A stretch of 58,384 nt of DNA from Klebsormidium nitens (GCA_000708835.1 DF237512.1:1-58384), one strand, 5' to 3'. Numbered from the stretch's first letter, positions 9,201-22,366 are shown. Notes: generated from the letters alone by a model not told the origin. Made by a program: numbers and translations.

Positions 9201-11380
9201 GGGGTGCTGACGTGGACGGCTCAGTTGCTGGTGCTCTTGGCAGAAGCAGTCCGCACCAACGCATTCGGCCGGCTCATGCCGCTGCCCGGAGACGAGGCCC
9301 ATCAGATGCACCTCCTCCTCGCCGGCCCCTTCGGAACTCACGCTCAGCTCGCTCCCTCCCTCACCCCCGCCCAGCAACGGCAGCGCTCCGTCCCACCGCT
9401 CCAACCACTGTCTCGCTCTACTTAGGGCATCCTGCCCAAGAAGTAGCCCCTGTGCAAAATGGACCTGCCCCGCTCGGACGGCCAAGTTCGCAGCGAGAAT
9501 GTGGCTACAGTCGTGCTGCGACGGACAGCCGTCCCTCTTCCCCTGGCAATACCAGGCGCCCTCAACGTTCCGGTGCAGCATCTTGTGCGCTGGACTGACC
9601 CCCCTGGGGCTGCTCCTTGCTGCAAAGAAGCGCCCCGTGGAGTCCGCCCCCACCTGCTCGACCAGCCCCGCTCCCCGTCCCAACTCTCTGGCCGTGGGGA
9701 GGCCCCTCTGCTCCGACCCCGGAGCGCCGAGGGCCGCGAGCACCAACTTATGGACGCAAGGAGCGTCCCTGGCCAGCCGGCCACGATCGCACGAGCAGTT
9801 CGAGTATCCCTGGCTATCCCACCAGCACTCCTCCAGCAGCGCCTTCTCCTCAGTTGCTGGGCTTGCCGAGAGCTTTCGGCCTCGCTCGGTTGTGATCCCA
9901 ATGCGTCATGTAGAGCCGTGGAGGGCCGTGCGCGCAAACGTCTACTCCAGCAGGAACAACTAGGCGGCACGTGCCCTCCAGGACGCCGCTCAGGAAGAGG
10001 CCAGCTTGGGCCGCGATGCCGAGGTGGGCCTCAGGCTGCAGGTGCCAACAAGATCTTTCAGGCACACTTCCTGACCGCTCTCGGAAAACAACCTCACGCC
10101 TTGCTCACAGTCGGAGCTGAACGAGCACCTCAAGATCGCAGCTGGGATCTTACGCATTATCCCGCCTTTCAAGTGGCGGGCCATGAGAAATTCATGAACA
10201 GCATGTAGTCGGTCCTTGTGCTCCCCCTTTTGGCATGGGCGCAGGCCAGGCAATGAGTCCATTGGAATCTGACGGGGCGGGCACAATCGGTGGCAGACGC
10301 TTGCTGCATTGCAAATCATCATAGGTTCTATCAAGAAATTATCTGCACTCACCAGTATCTCGCGCGCGCGGCTGCCGGCTTGCATGCCCCTGTTCAATGC
10401 GCTCTCAGCTGCCGCCTTTTTCGGCTTCTTCCTGCTCACGGTGCTCTCGTTTGAGATCACAACAGCCTCAAGCAGCTCGTCCGTCAGCTCCAGCGTTTGC
10501 TTCCAGCTCCCTGAGGCCTGGCGCTCGAACAGCAGCGCATCTTGCTCGCACAGGCTCACGCTCTCTGCATCGGCGCTGACCTTCAAATCCCCCAANNNNN
10601 NNNNNNNNNNNNNNNNNNNNNNNNNNNNNNNNNNNNNNNNNNNNNNNNNNNNNNNNNNNNNNNNNNNNNNNNNNNNNNNNNNNNNNNNNNNNNNNNNNNN
10701 NNNNNNNNNNNNNNNNNNNNNNNNNNNNNNNNNNNNNNNNNNNNNNNNNNNNNNNNNNNNNNNNNNNNNNNNNNNNNNNNNNNNNNNNNNNNNNNNNNNN
10801 NNNNNNNNNNNNNNNNNNNNNNNNNNNNNNNNNNNNNNNNNNNNNNNNNNNNNNNNNNNNNNNNNNNNNNNNNNNNNNNNNNNNNNNNNNNNNNNNNNNN
10901 NNNNNNNNNNNNNNNNNNNNNNNNNNNNNNNNNNNNNNNNNNNNNNNNNNNNNNNNNNNNNNNNNNNNNNNNNNNNNNNNNNNNNNNNNNNNNNNNNNNN
11001 NNNNNNNNNNNNNNNNNNNNNNNNNNNNNNNNNNNNNNNNNNNNNNNNNNNNNNNNNNNNNNNNNNNNNNNNNNNNNNNNNNNNNNNNNNNNNNNNNNNN
11101 NNNNNNNNNNNNNNNNNNNNNNNNNNNNNNNNNNNNNNNNNNNNNNNNNNNNNNNNNNNNNNNNNNNNNNNNNNNNNNNNNNNNNNNNNNNNNNNNNNGG
11201 CCTCAAGCCTCTCCCATCCGTACCGCCTGTGCCCTTCCAAACCTGCTGCCTGCAAGTGATGCACCTGCCAGAAATCTGCCCTGTCTCCGCCGGTCGGACG
11301 CTCTCCTCGCCTATGTAGTAAAGGCCGCGTCCGATCTGAGCTAAATCCGAAGCCAAGTAGTGCTCAGTGGGGGCTGCCAT
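6225..11380 (-). mobile_element. CxC/KDZ (Kyakuja-Dileera-Zisupton) transposase-like gene with SWIM-like finger, multi-exon
   Basis: C-terminal KDZ motifs FVFCCPH, GESPRD, VVYDNACQL, VVDR|FHY...HKC and VNTSAVESVNS. A GT-AG intron at 6648-6523 joins VVDR to FHY. CxC-like block C.C..HTIHFDGEHLGL...CCSICGPHP at 8390-8850; SWIM-like WYCQGKRDGCPSQHDCSH at ~9500-9560. The 5' end (ATG 11380) is tentative because of the gap, and frame continuity near 8200-8390 is unresolved. Confidence 0.8.
10596..11198. other. Assembly gap (603 N)
   Basis: Run of N bases. Confidence 1.
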
Positions 11381-12082
11381 GGTCGAAAACCCCCAGCATG
11401 CACCAACATGCACGAAGGCTGCCCCTTGTGAACCAACTGGGAGCTCGACTGACACTGCCTCTCCTTCCGGCCTCTCTCTCATCCTAAGTATGTCTTGCCT
11501 CTAGACTGGACTGCTGCCCGGGACGGCGGCCCGCCGGAAGGCTCGAAATTCGATGATAACCGCTTCGAAGAGCTCCAGCGGGCCGCCGAGTTCGCTGCAG
11601 GGGGGCTGCTGGCAAATTCCTCTTCGGTACCGTTATCAGTCAGGTGACGCTAAGCCAAAACTCGAGTTTTCAGGACCGTCCGATCGATCGCGAGAACTTA
11701 GGGATTGGTAGGACGCATTCCGGCCGTCCGATAAGGCCGACCTTCATTTGGTTGCCCCAGCCTGCATTGCAATCTGCAGACAAAATGGCCGGTGCAAAGT
11801 CGATGGTCAGCAGATCACCGACTCCGACCAACAAGCTGTGAATTAAGGCTGTGCGGGTTTGGATTGGGAGCTTTCGCATTCCAAAAAGATCTTTGCAGCA
11901 TTTCGTGGTGCTGGTATAACTTGTGAAATGCTGAAGTGTGGTGGAGAAAGAAGCTTGACTTGCGCAACTGACACGCCCACCGACGCGCCACCGCATCGTT
12001 GAGCTTCTGGACACACACCGGACTAGGCTGAAAGGAATCGCATTGCTTTCGAGTCACAGAAGGGGCAACTGAAGTTGGCGGG

Positions 12083-15000
12083 ATGGCTAATGCCAATGGC
12101 GATGCATTCTACCTGAGAGAATCCATTCCCCCCACAAGCACTGGTGAACTGGATAGCCTAACGTTTGCTGTCAAGGATTGGTAAGGTTGCAATGGGACAC
12201 TTGAAAAACGTCTGTTGACAATCCCTTCAGTGAACAAGTCCCCTCCTCTAAGAACATACATTCTCTGCCAAGGTCATTAGAGGCTGCATTTATCTGTTGC
12301 GAAACCAAAATGAAGCCCCTGCAACTCTGCTGCATCTTCTCCGTCTAGCAAGCTTCTGGCACCACTTGGCTGTAGACTGACCCGTGTAATACAGCGTTCT
12401 TTTGATTGCCAGTCTTTTGTCACCCTCAAATGTCAACATATGCCCTTACGACCTTGACTCAGCCTCACTTTCGTAGAAGGTGAGGGCCTGGTCACTTACT
12501 TTCGCAAGCCTGACTGCAGTTCAACCTTTGGATTAACCAGTCAGCACTGAAAAACAGCGCTCGTTTTCCATTTTGCCAGTCTCCTGTCGAAGTCCCTTTC
12601 TGAAACATGCCCTTACAATCTTCACAGCATTGATGTGAAGGGCATGATCACCTACTTCGGCAACCCTGACTGGGGCCGGACTCATGCTGTTCCTCAAGAG
12701 TCCTCCCCAGTGGTCGAAGCACTGCTCGCAGCTGGCGCCAAGTGTGTGGGCAAGACCATCATGTGTGAAATGGCCTCCAGGTGAGGAACTATGCCAAAGC
12801 TAGCAGCTTAAGCTGGTGGTGCCGTGAAAGGTCAACGAGTTCTGTGCGCACTCTGCCTTTGTCCTGCGTAGAGCATGGTCGGGGACAGGTTTCCAATCTC
12901 TAGTATGGATTCGTTGGAGACTCTGTCCAACAGTGTGAAACAGTCGAAAATCTAGTTTCTGAGATGATATGGTAGATGTAGGACCCTGTATCTAACATGA
13001 AAGACTGGCTGCAGGCAGGGACTCTTACTTGAGACTGTGCTTGAAAAACATAGGAAAGCATGTCTGCAAAAGCTGAACTTCAGAAAGCGTCTGCATAAAG
13101 CTTGATTATCAAACTGGGCATTCGGCAGCCACAAGAAGAGTAAGATCGGCCCAGTTGGCGATATTCAATGAGAAATAGTAGAGACTGAATTTTACTTCTC
13201 TCTGCAGCATTCGTGGCGAAAATGAGCACTTTGGCACCCCCACAAACCCCGCAGCGCCTGGGAGGGAACCCGGAGGGTCGTCCAGCGGTTCAGCGGTAGC
13301 TGTGGCGTCAGGAGAAGTGGACTTCGCACTTGGTGAGGCCTCCTCTCTACTCCTTCTTTGACCATTTGCCAGACACTCGTATCATTATTGTGATTCGCCT
13401 GGTTGAGGTCGTGGTTGCAGTATGTTTTCAATCTGGTCATAACGGAAAGGGGTCCTTCTGCAGGGTTTAGAAGCGATCTGGCAGTGAGGTACGGCAGGGA
13501 CCTAATCCTTCTGGTAGCACCTTTTTTGGGGACCATCCGAGGCCGACCTCGAAAGTCATACATATCTTGTTGTGCCATTACCGGATGCTCAACCGTCACT
13601 GCCAACCGTTTGCTGTGCGTCACCCTGTTGTCAGCTTAGTTTCTTCTGAAACTTTGGGCTGTCATAACGCCGTCAGATTGGTCAGATCGTGAAGTTAAGC
13701 CTCTGTACTTTGCACGTTTCAAGATCGTGCAGCCTTTCTTTCTTCTCCACAAAGGAAACGCTCACGCTCAGAATTGGGCCTCGTCCCAGGCACTGACACA
13801 AGCGGAAGCAGCCGCATCCCCCCTGCCTACTGCGGCGTTCTCGGCATTCGGCCAACGCATGGGGCCCTGTCTACTGAACACGTGGCACCGCTGAGCCCTA
13901 GCCTGGACACCGTAGGTGGGCCTGCTTATGATCGCCCGACCTTCTCGTTCTTCCCTGATAAACCTCATTGCTCAGCTTTCAACATGTTGACGGTATACAA
14001 GCCTACGTTTTACTGCAGGTTCTTTCAAACATGGCTGCCTGACCCGAGTTGCAAAAATCGATCCCAAGAATTTGCCCAATGCGCAGAACCTGGGCTCTTC
14101 GGTGACAAAGAGGCTATCCACCGAACGGCCCAGGTTCTGCGCATCAGGCAAAGTTCTTCGATCAGTTCGGATCGGACTCGGGTCAGGCGGCCATGTTTCA
14201 CCGAACCTGCATTCTAAATACGATTACGGATGGCAAATCATCACGCATGCAGCCGCGAGCACAAGGCCTCTTTCACTGAAGCAATCCTGAGCCGCGAGAG
14301 GAAAGTCTTGTTGGTGATATGGCTGCTGTGGGTCCCACGACCGATTGTCGAAAGTACTGAATCAGGGCGAGCAGTCCTTTTGGTCCATGTCCACCCGAAC
14401 GTTTCCTACCTCTCCTCTGAGGTTTGCAGTTATCCGTAATCCTGGTCCAGTGACAGAAGCCGCTCTTTTCGTTGCCCGCCTCAACAAGCACTTCGTATGT
14501 CAATTCCGAAGAATCTGAATCTTCAAGGATTCGAGCGTAGACCTGAGGGCTGGTAAAGTATGCGGAACCAGCAAACCCGTTTACTCTAGGACCGGGCTCA
14601 CCTTCCCCTGCCAACTTTTCTAATCAGACCCCTCTCGCTCCGTCCCGTCAGGCTGGTTTGCGAGGGATCCCCTCGTTTTCGAAAAGGTCGGGCGCGTCCT
14701 CCTTCCGCCGCCCCGGTCCCCGCCCCGCCCCCCCAAGCAGCTGCTCATTCCTAGCGAGGTGTGGGAGCTGTCAGAGGGCGTGCCGAACGCGCGCATCATC
14801 TCGCAGGTCAAGGGCGCGCTGCGGGACACCATCCGAGGTGGGTCTTTGAACGGGTATTTCCTTTGAGGCTCTGCGCTCTGCAAAGTTCTGGGGTTGCGGA
14901 AACTGCTGGGTTACATAAACTGCTGGATTGCGGAGAGTATCTGCCAAACGGGCGGATCAAGGCGCGCTGCAAGACACCATCCGAGGTCCGTCCCCGACCG

Positions 15001-17295
15001 GCCCTTTTTCCGCCTTAAGCTTTGCGATATGTAGACATTCCCGTATACGGAAACTGCTGGGTAGATGGAAGAGAGTCTACTTTCTTTCGTCCAAACAGTC
15101 GGGCCTTTGTCATCAGCACAGAACCTATGCTCGGGAACCTGCTGATCGTCCACTTCACGAAACATCTGATGTACATTATAGCGTGTTCGCTCCAGAAGAA
15201 AAGCCGCCGAACAAATGTCTCACAGTTGTTTCACTTATCTCTTAGCGAACAGGATTGGGCACATCAAGCTAATCGTCCTTCTCACTCTGCTTTTCTTTGC
15301 CGGTCAGCGGAGAAGGTTCGGCAATTCAAGCCCAAGGTCCGTTTTACAGTGTTTTTTGGTTCTCTTGGTGAAAAGGATCCGGCACATCGAGGTGAAACCC
15401 CTTCGTCCTTTTGACCCTGCTTTCTCTTCATTCACTAGCGGACGGAATCCGGTAATAAAACTCATTCACGTCTGCCAAATGTCCGTTTTACAGTGGTTTC
15501 ATTTCCTTCCTAGCGGACAGAATCCGGCACATCAAGCTCCTGCCGGACGTCCGTCTCACATGCTTTTCTCGTTTCCCTAGCGGACAGAATCCGGCACATC
15601 AAGCTGAGCCCCCAGCTCCAGGCGGGCATCCCCTCTTTGGCCTACTTTACCGCACGCCCCTTCTTCCAGGCGTCCACCCCCTTACTCGCGCTCACTGCGG
15701 CCGCTGACACCATCATGTGGTGAGAGCGCAAAGAAAGGCTCTGGAAAAACCGACTATGTCAGGATGATCTTTCTCGTCGCCTTTGTCATGGAGTGGTTAC
15801 TTGATGATGCTTGCCATTTCCCGCGAAGCGAGGATCTGAACATGTTGCGCTCTGCCAGACAATCTGATGCGTGACCTTGGGAGTCTCGCAAGGAGTTCTG
15901 TTTGCGACGAACCCCGGCGACTTCTTTCATCGTCTTTATGCGTCATAAGTCCTGCTGACGATCATACGAGCAATTGCAGGGCCAAGCCAATACATTCGCG
16001 CTCAAGCTCACCGCCGCTCTCGGTTGTGCTGAAGTCTAGACCCGAAGTTTTCCATCCTAACTCTGGCGTCCGCCCCTGATCGCAACCTCTTCCGCAATCT
16101 TTGATCCTGCTGGGTAGATATTTGCTCAGCATAAGAAGTGGATCCAATTATTTCCGCCAACTTATCTGCGGCCTGGAGTTATTAAATAGATATGGGAAGT
16201 GGACTGAAGTGCTTCCCGCTGAGTCTTCTGCGGATTGTGCAGGCTAGAGTTTCTAGATATACACGGGAAGTGGATCGAAGAAACGAAGCCGAAGCTGGGG
16301 AAGGAGCTGACCGGCATTCTTGCCCGAGCTCGGGAGTGGCCGCAGGACGCCCTGCCTCACGCGCGGCAGGCGCAAAAAGAGGCCCAAGCGTTCTTCGACG
16401 AGCTTCTAGAGGTATCGCTCCCAGATTCCAGACCCTAAAATCCCGAGAAGCTGCTGATGTTCAATCCTTGGTCGCTTCAGGCATTGCTCAAAATTTGCGA
16501 GTCCTAAAACTATTACGCCCGTCACCCCAATCCTTACTCGCCAGAAGGGTTCTGTATAGGCAGCCGTCTCCCGAATGCGGAAAAATAAACAACGCACAGC
16601 TTGAACGTCAAATCTAGGATAGATTATCGTTTCCGCAAACATATGATGAAGAGACGTGTTGACTTGCACTAGCATCAAGCGCGTCAGGTACAATGCTGTG
16701 ACGTACTGCACACATCCTCTCCGCGATGACGTCAGCCTCCCGTCACACAGGACGACGCGCTGCTGTGCGTGCCGACCACCGCCGGCCTGCCGCCTGCGGT
16801 GGGCTCCCCGCCGGACGTGCTGGCGCCGTTTGAGGCGCGCGCCGAACCGCTCGTGTCGTTGAGCGCGCTTGCGGGCTTTCCACAGGTGTGAAGACGCGCC
16901 GCTCTTACCTCGCTTACGGCTCTTATCGAATCTCTGAAGTTTGTCTGTGCATTGTTTGGATTAAAAGCAAGGAAAAGGAAGAAACGGTTGGTAAGCGGCA
17001 GGCAATAAATGTTGCTGCGAATTCGACAGAGGGTGCTGCGAAACAACCTGAGGGTTAGTAATCAAGACGGTTCTGCTTTGCAACTACTCCCGCATTCTGA
17101 ATTGCAAGATGGCCGCTGTGCTTAACTGCCCAGCCTCGTGTTGACACTGCATCGTCATGTCGTTAGGTGACACTACCGGCCGGGAAGTCGGACGAAGGCT
17201 GGCCTCTTGCGGTGGGGCTTGCAGCACAGCGGGGTTCGGACTTGTTTCTGTTGGAGGCGGTCACCCTTCTGGCGCAGCGATTAACAGTTTCATGA
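12083..17295 (+). CDS. AMI1: Amidase-signature family protein, AMI1-like (9 exons)
   Basis: Exons 12083-12180, 12628-12780, 13208-13332, 13790-13915, 14652-14837, 15581-15719, 16243-16411, 16751-16885 and 17167-17295 splice in frame. They give LTFAVKD-C-IDVKG..FGNPDW.RTH, GENEHFGTPTNP..PGGSSSGSAVAVA, GTDTSGSSRIPPAYCG and GWFARDP. The Lys/cisSer/Ser triad is present; no TPR or TM region as in TOC64. AMI1 is a best-fit label, orthology untested. Confidence 0.85.
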
Positions 17296-18612
17296 GAGAC
17301 CTTTTTGGAATCCCGGTTGCTATCGGCGGGCCGTTAGCTGAGCGTGGATGCATCAACTCCGATGCGTATTCTGACATTGTGCGTCAACGACCCAGTCCGG
17401 CTCTGACATTATCTGCTCCGGTCACTGACTCAAGGTGACCTTATTTGGCTGCCATCTAGCTCGTGCCGCCAGACCTTATCCGCAAGTGTGTCGGACTGAG
17501 ACCTTCTGACATTGAACTGTCTTGCTATGTGGACAAGCGGTGTCCGTCCTTGACAGGCGCTGAATGCATCTCATATAAGTGGCAACAGGCGCGTTACCTA
17601 TCGTCATGACCTGAATGCATCACACGTAATACTAGAGTACCACATCAGGCCAACAAAGAGCACTTCTTCATTTTGTCGACGTCCAAATTTACGAACGGGG
17701 AGTGCCTAAGTTGGTGCTTGAAATATTTTAATCTAAGAATGCCCCTTCCAAGAGGATATCAAGGCTGCAATTATGTCGACCTTTCATTACGCTTATAGAA
17801 AGGCGGCCGTCCCTGGGCGTCCGGTAATTCAAGCTTAAGTGGAGGAGCTGTTCATTTCAAGTGCTTTCTGTGATCCTTTTTTACACCCTGAAGTAGTTAT
17901 AATTAGTTATAATTGGAAGGAACATCAACGTCAGGTGAAGCTCGCACGGCGTACTGAGCCCGGCTGCGACTTACCACTCGCACGAGACTCTTAAAGCACG
18001 CATCTGCACGTTGCTCGTAGGAAATTGAGCTCGAAGAGTCTTTGTACTGCCGGTATCAAAGTTAAAACGTCCTACTAGGTACATGTTAGGCATGCTAGCT
18101 TGCGTTGACCACTGCTGCAGGGCAACTTGTACGGAAGCTCAATCCTGATGGCGTACTAATAAAAAGTTCGTTTATTTTATCGACGACCGCAAACGTTGCA
18201 GCTAGCTGATGAGACACATCCGACGGGTAAAGACGAAGGAAGATAATGTCGTCATGCACGTGGCACACTGTGCTAATGATTGGTCCTAGCCCCGGATGAT
18301 CCCCCCGGCCGTACACGCGCGAGCTTGCCACCCCCGACCTGAACTAGCTAGATGAACTCAATTTGGCAGTTGGAGTTGCACGAAGGGAGAACCCCGTGAG
18401 CCAGAGGGACGGGGGATACCTGGACAGAGGCGTCAGCACAGTTGCCAGAATGCATCTGAGTACACCTGAGCAAGACCAGCTGTCAGTGTAGGAGCACTCA
18501 TGGGGAGTGTTACTAGAACGTAGAAGCAGCAAAGGAGAGGAAAAAGACTCAAACAAGACGAACCTTGGTTGAAGGGGATGAAGGAAGAGGAGGAGGAATG
18601 TTGCGCCTGGAC

Positions 18613-18617
18613 TATAA
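18613..18617 (+). promoter_or_regulatory. Candidate TATA box of the SMP-30-like gene
   Basis: TATAA about 100 bp upstream of the ATG at 18715. Confidence 0.35.
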
Positions 18618-18714
18618 GAGCTGTTATATTCTCATAGACTGGTAGCTAGGTGAAGGGAATTGCAGCTCACACGCCTACTTGTCTTCCCCGACAGTTTCAT
18701 AGCCAGTTCAAGTC

Positions 18715-21700
18715 ATGGCGGTTCCCAAACGGTGTGCACTATGGCTCTTTTGCTTGCTTTTAGCAGGCAGCCGTCTTGCTGCTGCAAAGAAGGCCCAGGC
18801 AGCATTTGGAGACCGAGAGGTGCTTTCTACATTCCCCTCCAACCCAGGATTTCCGGAAGGCGTTGCTGTCTTCAAGGACAAGGTACGTGAGCTGCTTTAC
18901 AACTCCTTTCCTTCAGACGACTAGCAGAGCCTCACATTCATATCCCTACCTCTATTGTCTATTTACACATCGTTTTATCCCGCACGCTCATCCTGACAAC
19001 TCACTTTCTTGCGAAAGAGGGCAGTCAACTACTCCCGTCCTCAGTCCAATTTGAACAATCTCTCAGCATCTCCACTTGCTCCGACTCTGAAGCTTTGTTG
19101 AAGGTTCTCTTGTTCCTGCATTTTCATCATATGAGCTCAACAGGATTGCTTGTAAACTCCAACATTTGCCAATCCTTTGCCCCTACTTGGAATCGCCTTC
19201 AATGGGTTCATTGTCTGCTTCCAATTCAACAGGGTATTAGTAACAGCAAGGTTGTCAACTGCTTTTGGCAGTCAATGTGCCATGATATTTCAACCCTCCG
19301 TTCTCCTGCAAGCCTGTAGCTTCCTCATGTTTCCTTGCTAGACGGGGAGCAACATGGGTTGAGGATTCACAAGCATTCAAACCCTCATGTTCGAGCATGC
19401 TTGCCAGTCAGAACAGAGACTAATGCAGCGCTTGGGTGAGTTCTTTTGCAGGCATATGTCTGTGGAGCAGCCACATCTCAGGGCACCGCAAACAGAAACC
19501 CTTCCACTATCACAATCACTGACCTGAAGACTGGGGCAGTAAATACAGTCTTCGTTTCAGGAGAGGTAGGTCTGCGTCACTCAGTGCCATTGCTGCAAGT
19601 GCTTGAGATAGGCTGATGCAGATTTTTGGTTTTTCGAACAAAGCTACAAAGGATGTTTCTGTGGTTGTTGAAGCTTGTGCTTTAAAAACCGACAATCTGC
19701 GTTGTGTCCAGAAGCCACGGGCGGTCTCTTTTCAGGAGTTGCCACACTTTCACATGGTCAATAGGATGACATCAGGGTACAGTGTAGCAGATTTTGTCTC
19801 TACCACGTCTTTGGATTTAAGAATCTGTGGCATCTGCTGGCCATCGCAAAGTTGACGACTTCTGGCTTTCATGAACGGCCTGCATTGAAAGTCTGGCACA
19901 CACCTTCTGTCCAAACACGAGATCAATTATCAGCTGCAAATTTCCAAGGGCGCTTGGTCTGCCTTTCAGCTAGCAGTATCCCGGTAATGATAATTCGTGG
20001 AGCAGACTGTACCTGAAAATCTGGCCGACTTATCAGAACTGTAGACAAAAGTACGCACCGCAATGTTGCTGTCTCAAAATTTTGCGCGCTCAACACGTTG
20101 TGATGATCTTTCCTTCTGCAGGCAACATCATGTGTTACAAGCCTTGCATTGCTATCCAACAGAACACCTGCAAGGAATCTCATTCCTGTAATGCTAGTGT
20201 GCACATTCATCTTGGCTTGCTCAGAGCGCCCTGACAAAGTCTCAAAATGAAAGCTTCTGATATCTGCTCCACACCAGTTCCACCTGCCAAATGTCTCAAC
20301 TCGCGTATTTGTTTCTAACAGGACACAACCAAAGAGCACCAGCTCTCTTGCTGCATCGTCGCGCCAACTGAGATCAACGGGAACGGCAAGAAGAACAGCG
20401 AGGAGCACCACTCCTTGTATGTAATGAGCCCCCAGCTCGGGATCCTGCGGTTCGACCTGAAATACCTGCAGCAGAGCCTGTATGCCCCGCCCCCTGCTGG
20501 TGGATGGATCGTGGGGAATGACCTTATCTTCGATCGGCAGGTGAGTTCAATCTGACAATCTTCTTAACTTTCTATAGGATCCATCTCTTCTGTCGCTTGT
20601 GGTAGTGCCTGTGCCGAGTGGACAAGTGACCAAAAACGGTTAGCAGCTATAATCGGAATGCCAAATCGGAATGCCGAAGCGACAACCTTTTACGGCTTAG
20701 AGGCAGGTTGATCTGCGGGGCGAGTGACAAGTTTCAGCCCCGGAACCTGCAAGTCAGGATCTGTTTGATCGAGGTCAATTGCAAAGACGTGATTCTCTGT
20801 GATCGGAGTGACTAGGACTGACGTAGATGCTCAGCGCGCTTAAAAAGCGGTATGGATGACTTGTAACCTGAAGCAGCTTTCTCATTTATCAGCAGTGTAA
20901 TGCTTCTTCTTCGTGCCTCTTTGTGTCGGGGACTCGAAAAGCACCTGACAGGACAAGGAACAGCATTTGACCTCTCTCTCAGAAAGGTTGCCGTCGAAAA
21001 AGCCACTGTAATATCCATCTCCAAATCCAAGGCCATGGCTTCGATGCGCACCCGTCCTGGCACCACTCCCTCTCAGGGTCGCCTTTTCGTCCCTTGATAA
21101 AACGCAATGCCTCTCCCAGATTAGATTGACAGGAAGTCAAGAACCCAAGCATGAGCTAACCCGTTTCGAAATAACTCCCTCGCTCTTTCATACTTGATGC
21201 GCACGCAGTGCCCCTCTCAGTTCTAGTTGAGAGTAATTCCACACAGAATCCACCCCTCATACCGTGCTAACCCCTTCCAAGAGCATTTCCTCGCAGCGTC
21301 GCCTTTTCGTGACCGAGTCCAACCCGACCCCGATCCGCGGCGGGGGGAAGCTCTGGATGATCCCCCCAGGCGGTGGCCCCCCGACCGTGTGGCTGGAGGG
21401 GGATCCCCTGGCGACCGGGTTTCCCAACGGTCTGGACCTGAGCCCCGACGGCCAGAAGCTCTATTTGACGGTTTCGACGACAATCTCCCCGGAACTCGGG
21501 AACGGCATCGTCTACTCGCTGCCGATCACCGCCCAGCCGCCGGCCACTTCTGCGCTCCAGGTAGGCTGACGTCAGCGAATCATCTGGTGACGTACACTGA
21601 ATTGGCTAAACCTCTGATGTTTGGTGGTTTTGACTATGGGTGCCAAAGGCCGCGATTTTGTTTGGTGAGGTAGCGGAGCTACATATGTAAGCACGAACGA

Positions 21701-22366
21701 GTCTCTTCAAGCGTGCTGCTCAATCGAAGAAGAAGATTTGAACTGGAAACTTGTCTCCGGGTCCAATGCATCGAGCGAAGAACCTTAACGCACATAGGAA
21801 GAGTTGTTGTCTTGATACAGGCAGGAAAGGAAGCTTGCTCAAAAACCCTCTTTCGCCCTTCTGCTCTTCCGCTTTAGTTCTGCTGCAATGATCAGCATCT
21901 GATCGGCAGTACATGCCAGTACATCTCTACGTTCCTACTTTTCTGAGAACGCCTGGCAACAAGTAGCTTTGTGAGGATGGACCGTTCTTAACGGGGACGG
22001 GCAACTACTCTGCAGGTGGTTCACGCTTATACCAACGGCGAAATCCCAGACGGCATACGCTTTGGCGCGTCTGGCAACTTATACGTCGCCCTCGCTCTGA
22101 CTCCCTCAGCGGCTCCCTCCGACGTCCTCGGCGGCATCGATGTTCTGTCGCCTGATGGTTTCCCTCTAACCCGGCTCTTAACCAGCAACGGACAGGGGCC
22201 GAACTATTTAAACCCGGCCAATATTGCCTTCGACGACAAACGGAAGTCAGTGCTGGTTACGAATCACTATCTCGCTTGCAATGCGAGCAGCCCCGCTCAA
22301 ATCGACAGCTGCAACTTCAACGTGATCAGGGTTTACGTCGGGGACAAGGGTGTCGATCAGAATTAG
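18715..22366 (+). CDS. Secreted SMP-30/gluconolactonase/LRE-like beta-propeller protein (5 exons)
   Basis: Signal peptide MAVPKRCALWLFCLLLAGSRLAAA. Exons at approximately 18715-18882, 19452-19566, 20322-20539, 21297-21560 and 22016-22366. Propeller motifs GFPEGVAV, GNDLIFD, FPNGLDLSPDG, PDGIRFGASGNLYV and NPANIAFD. Confidence 0.8.

Noticed and set aside
6633-10208. Many overlapping plus-strand and alternative-frame ORFs
   Set aside because: Shadows of the GC-rich KDZ coding strand; low-complexity Pro/Arg/Ala translations with no motifs.
9990-11482. Long ORFs spanning the N run
   Set aside because: Artefacts of translating through the assembly gap.
15241-15606. CRISPR-like repeat-spacer array
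   Set aside because: Eukaryotic intron; the units are degenerate copies of a splice junction and there are no cas genes.
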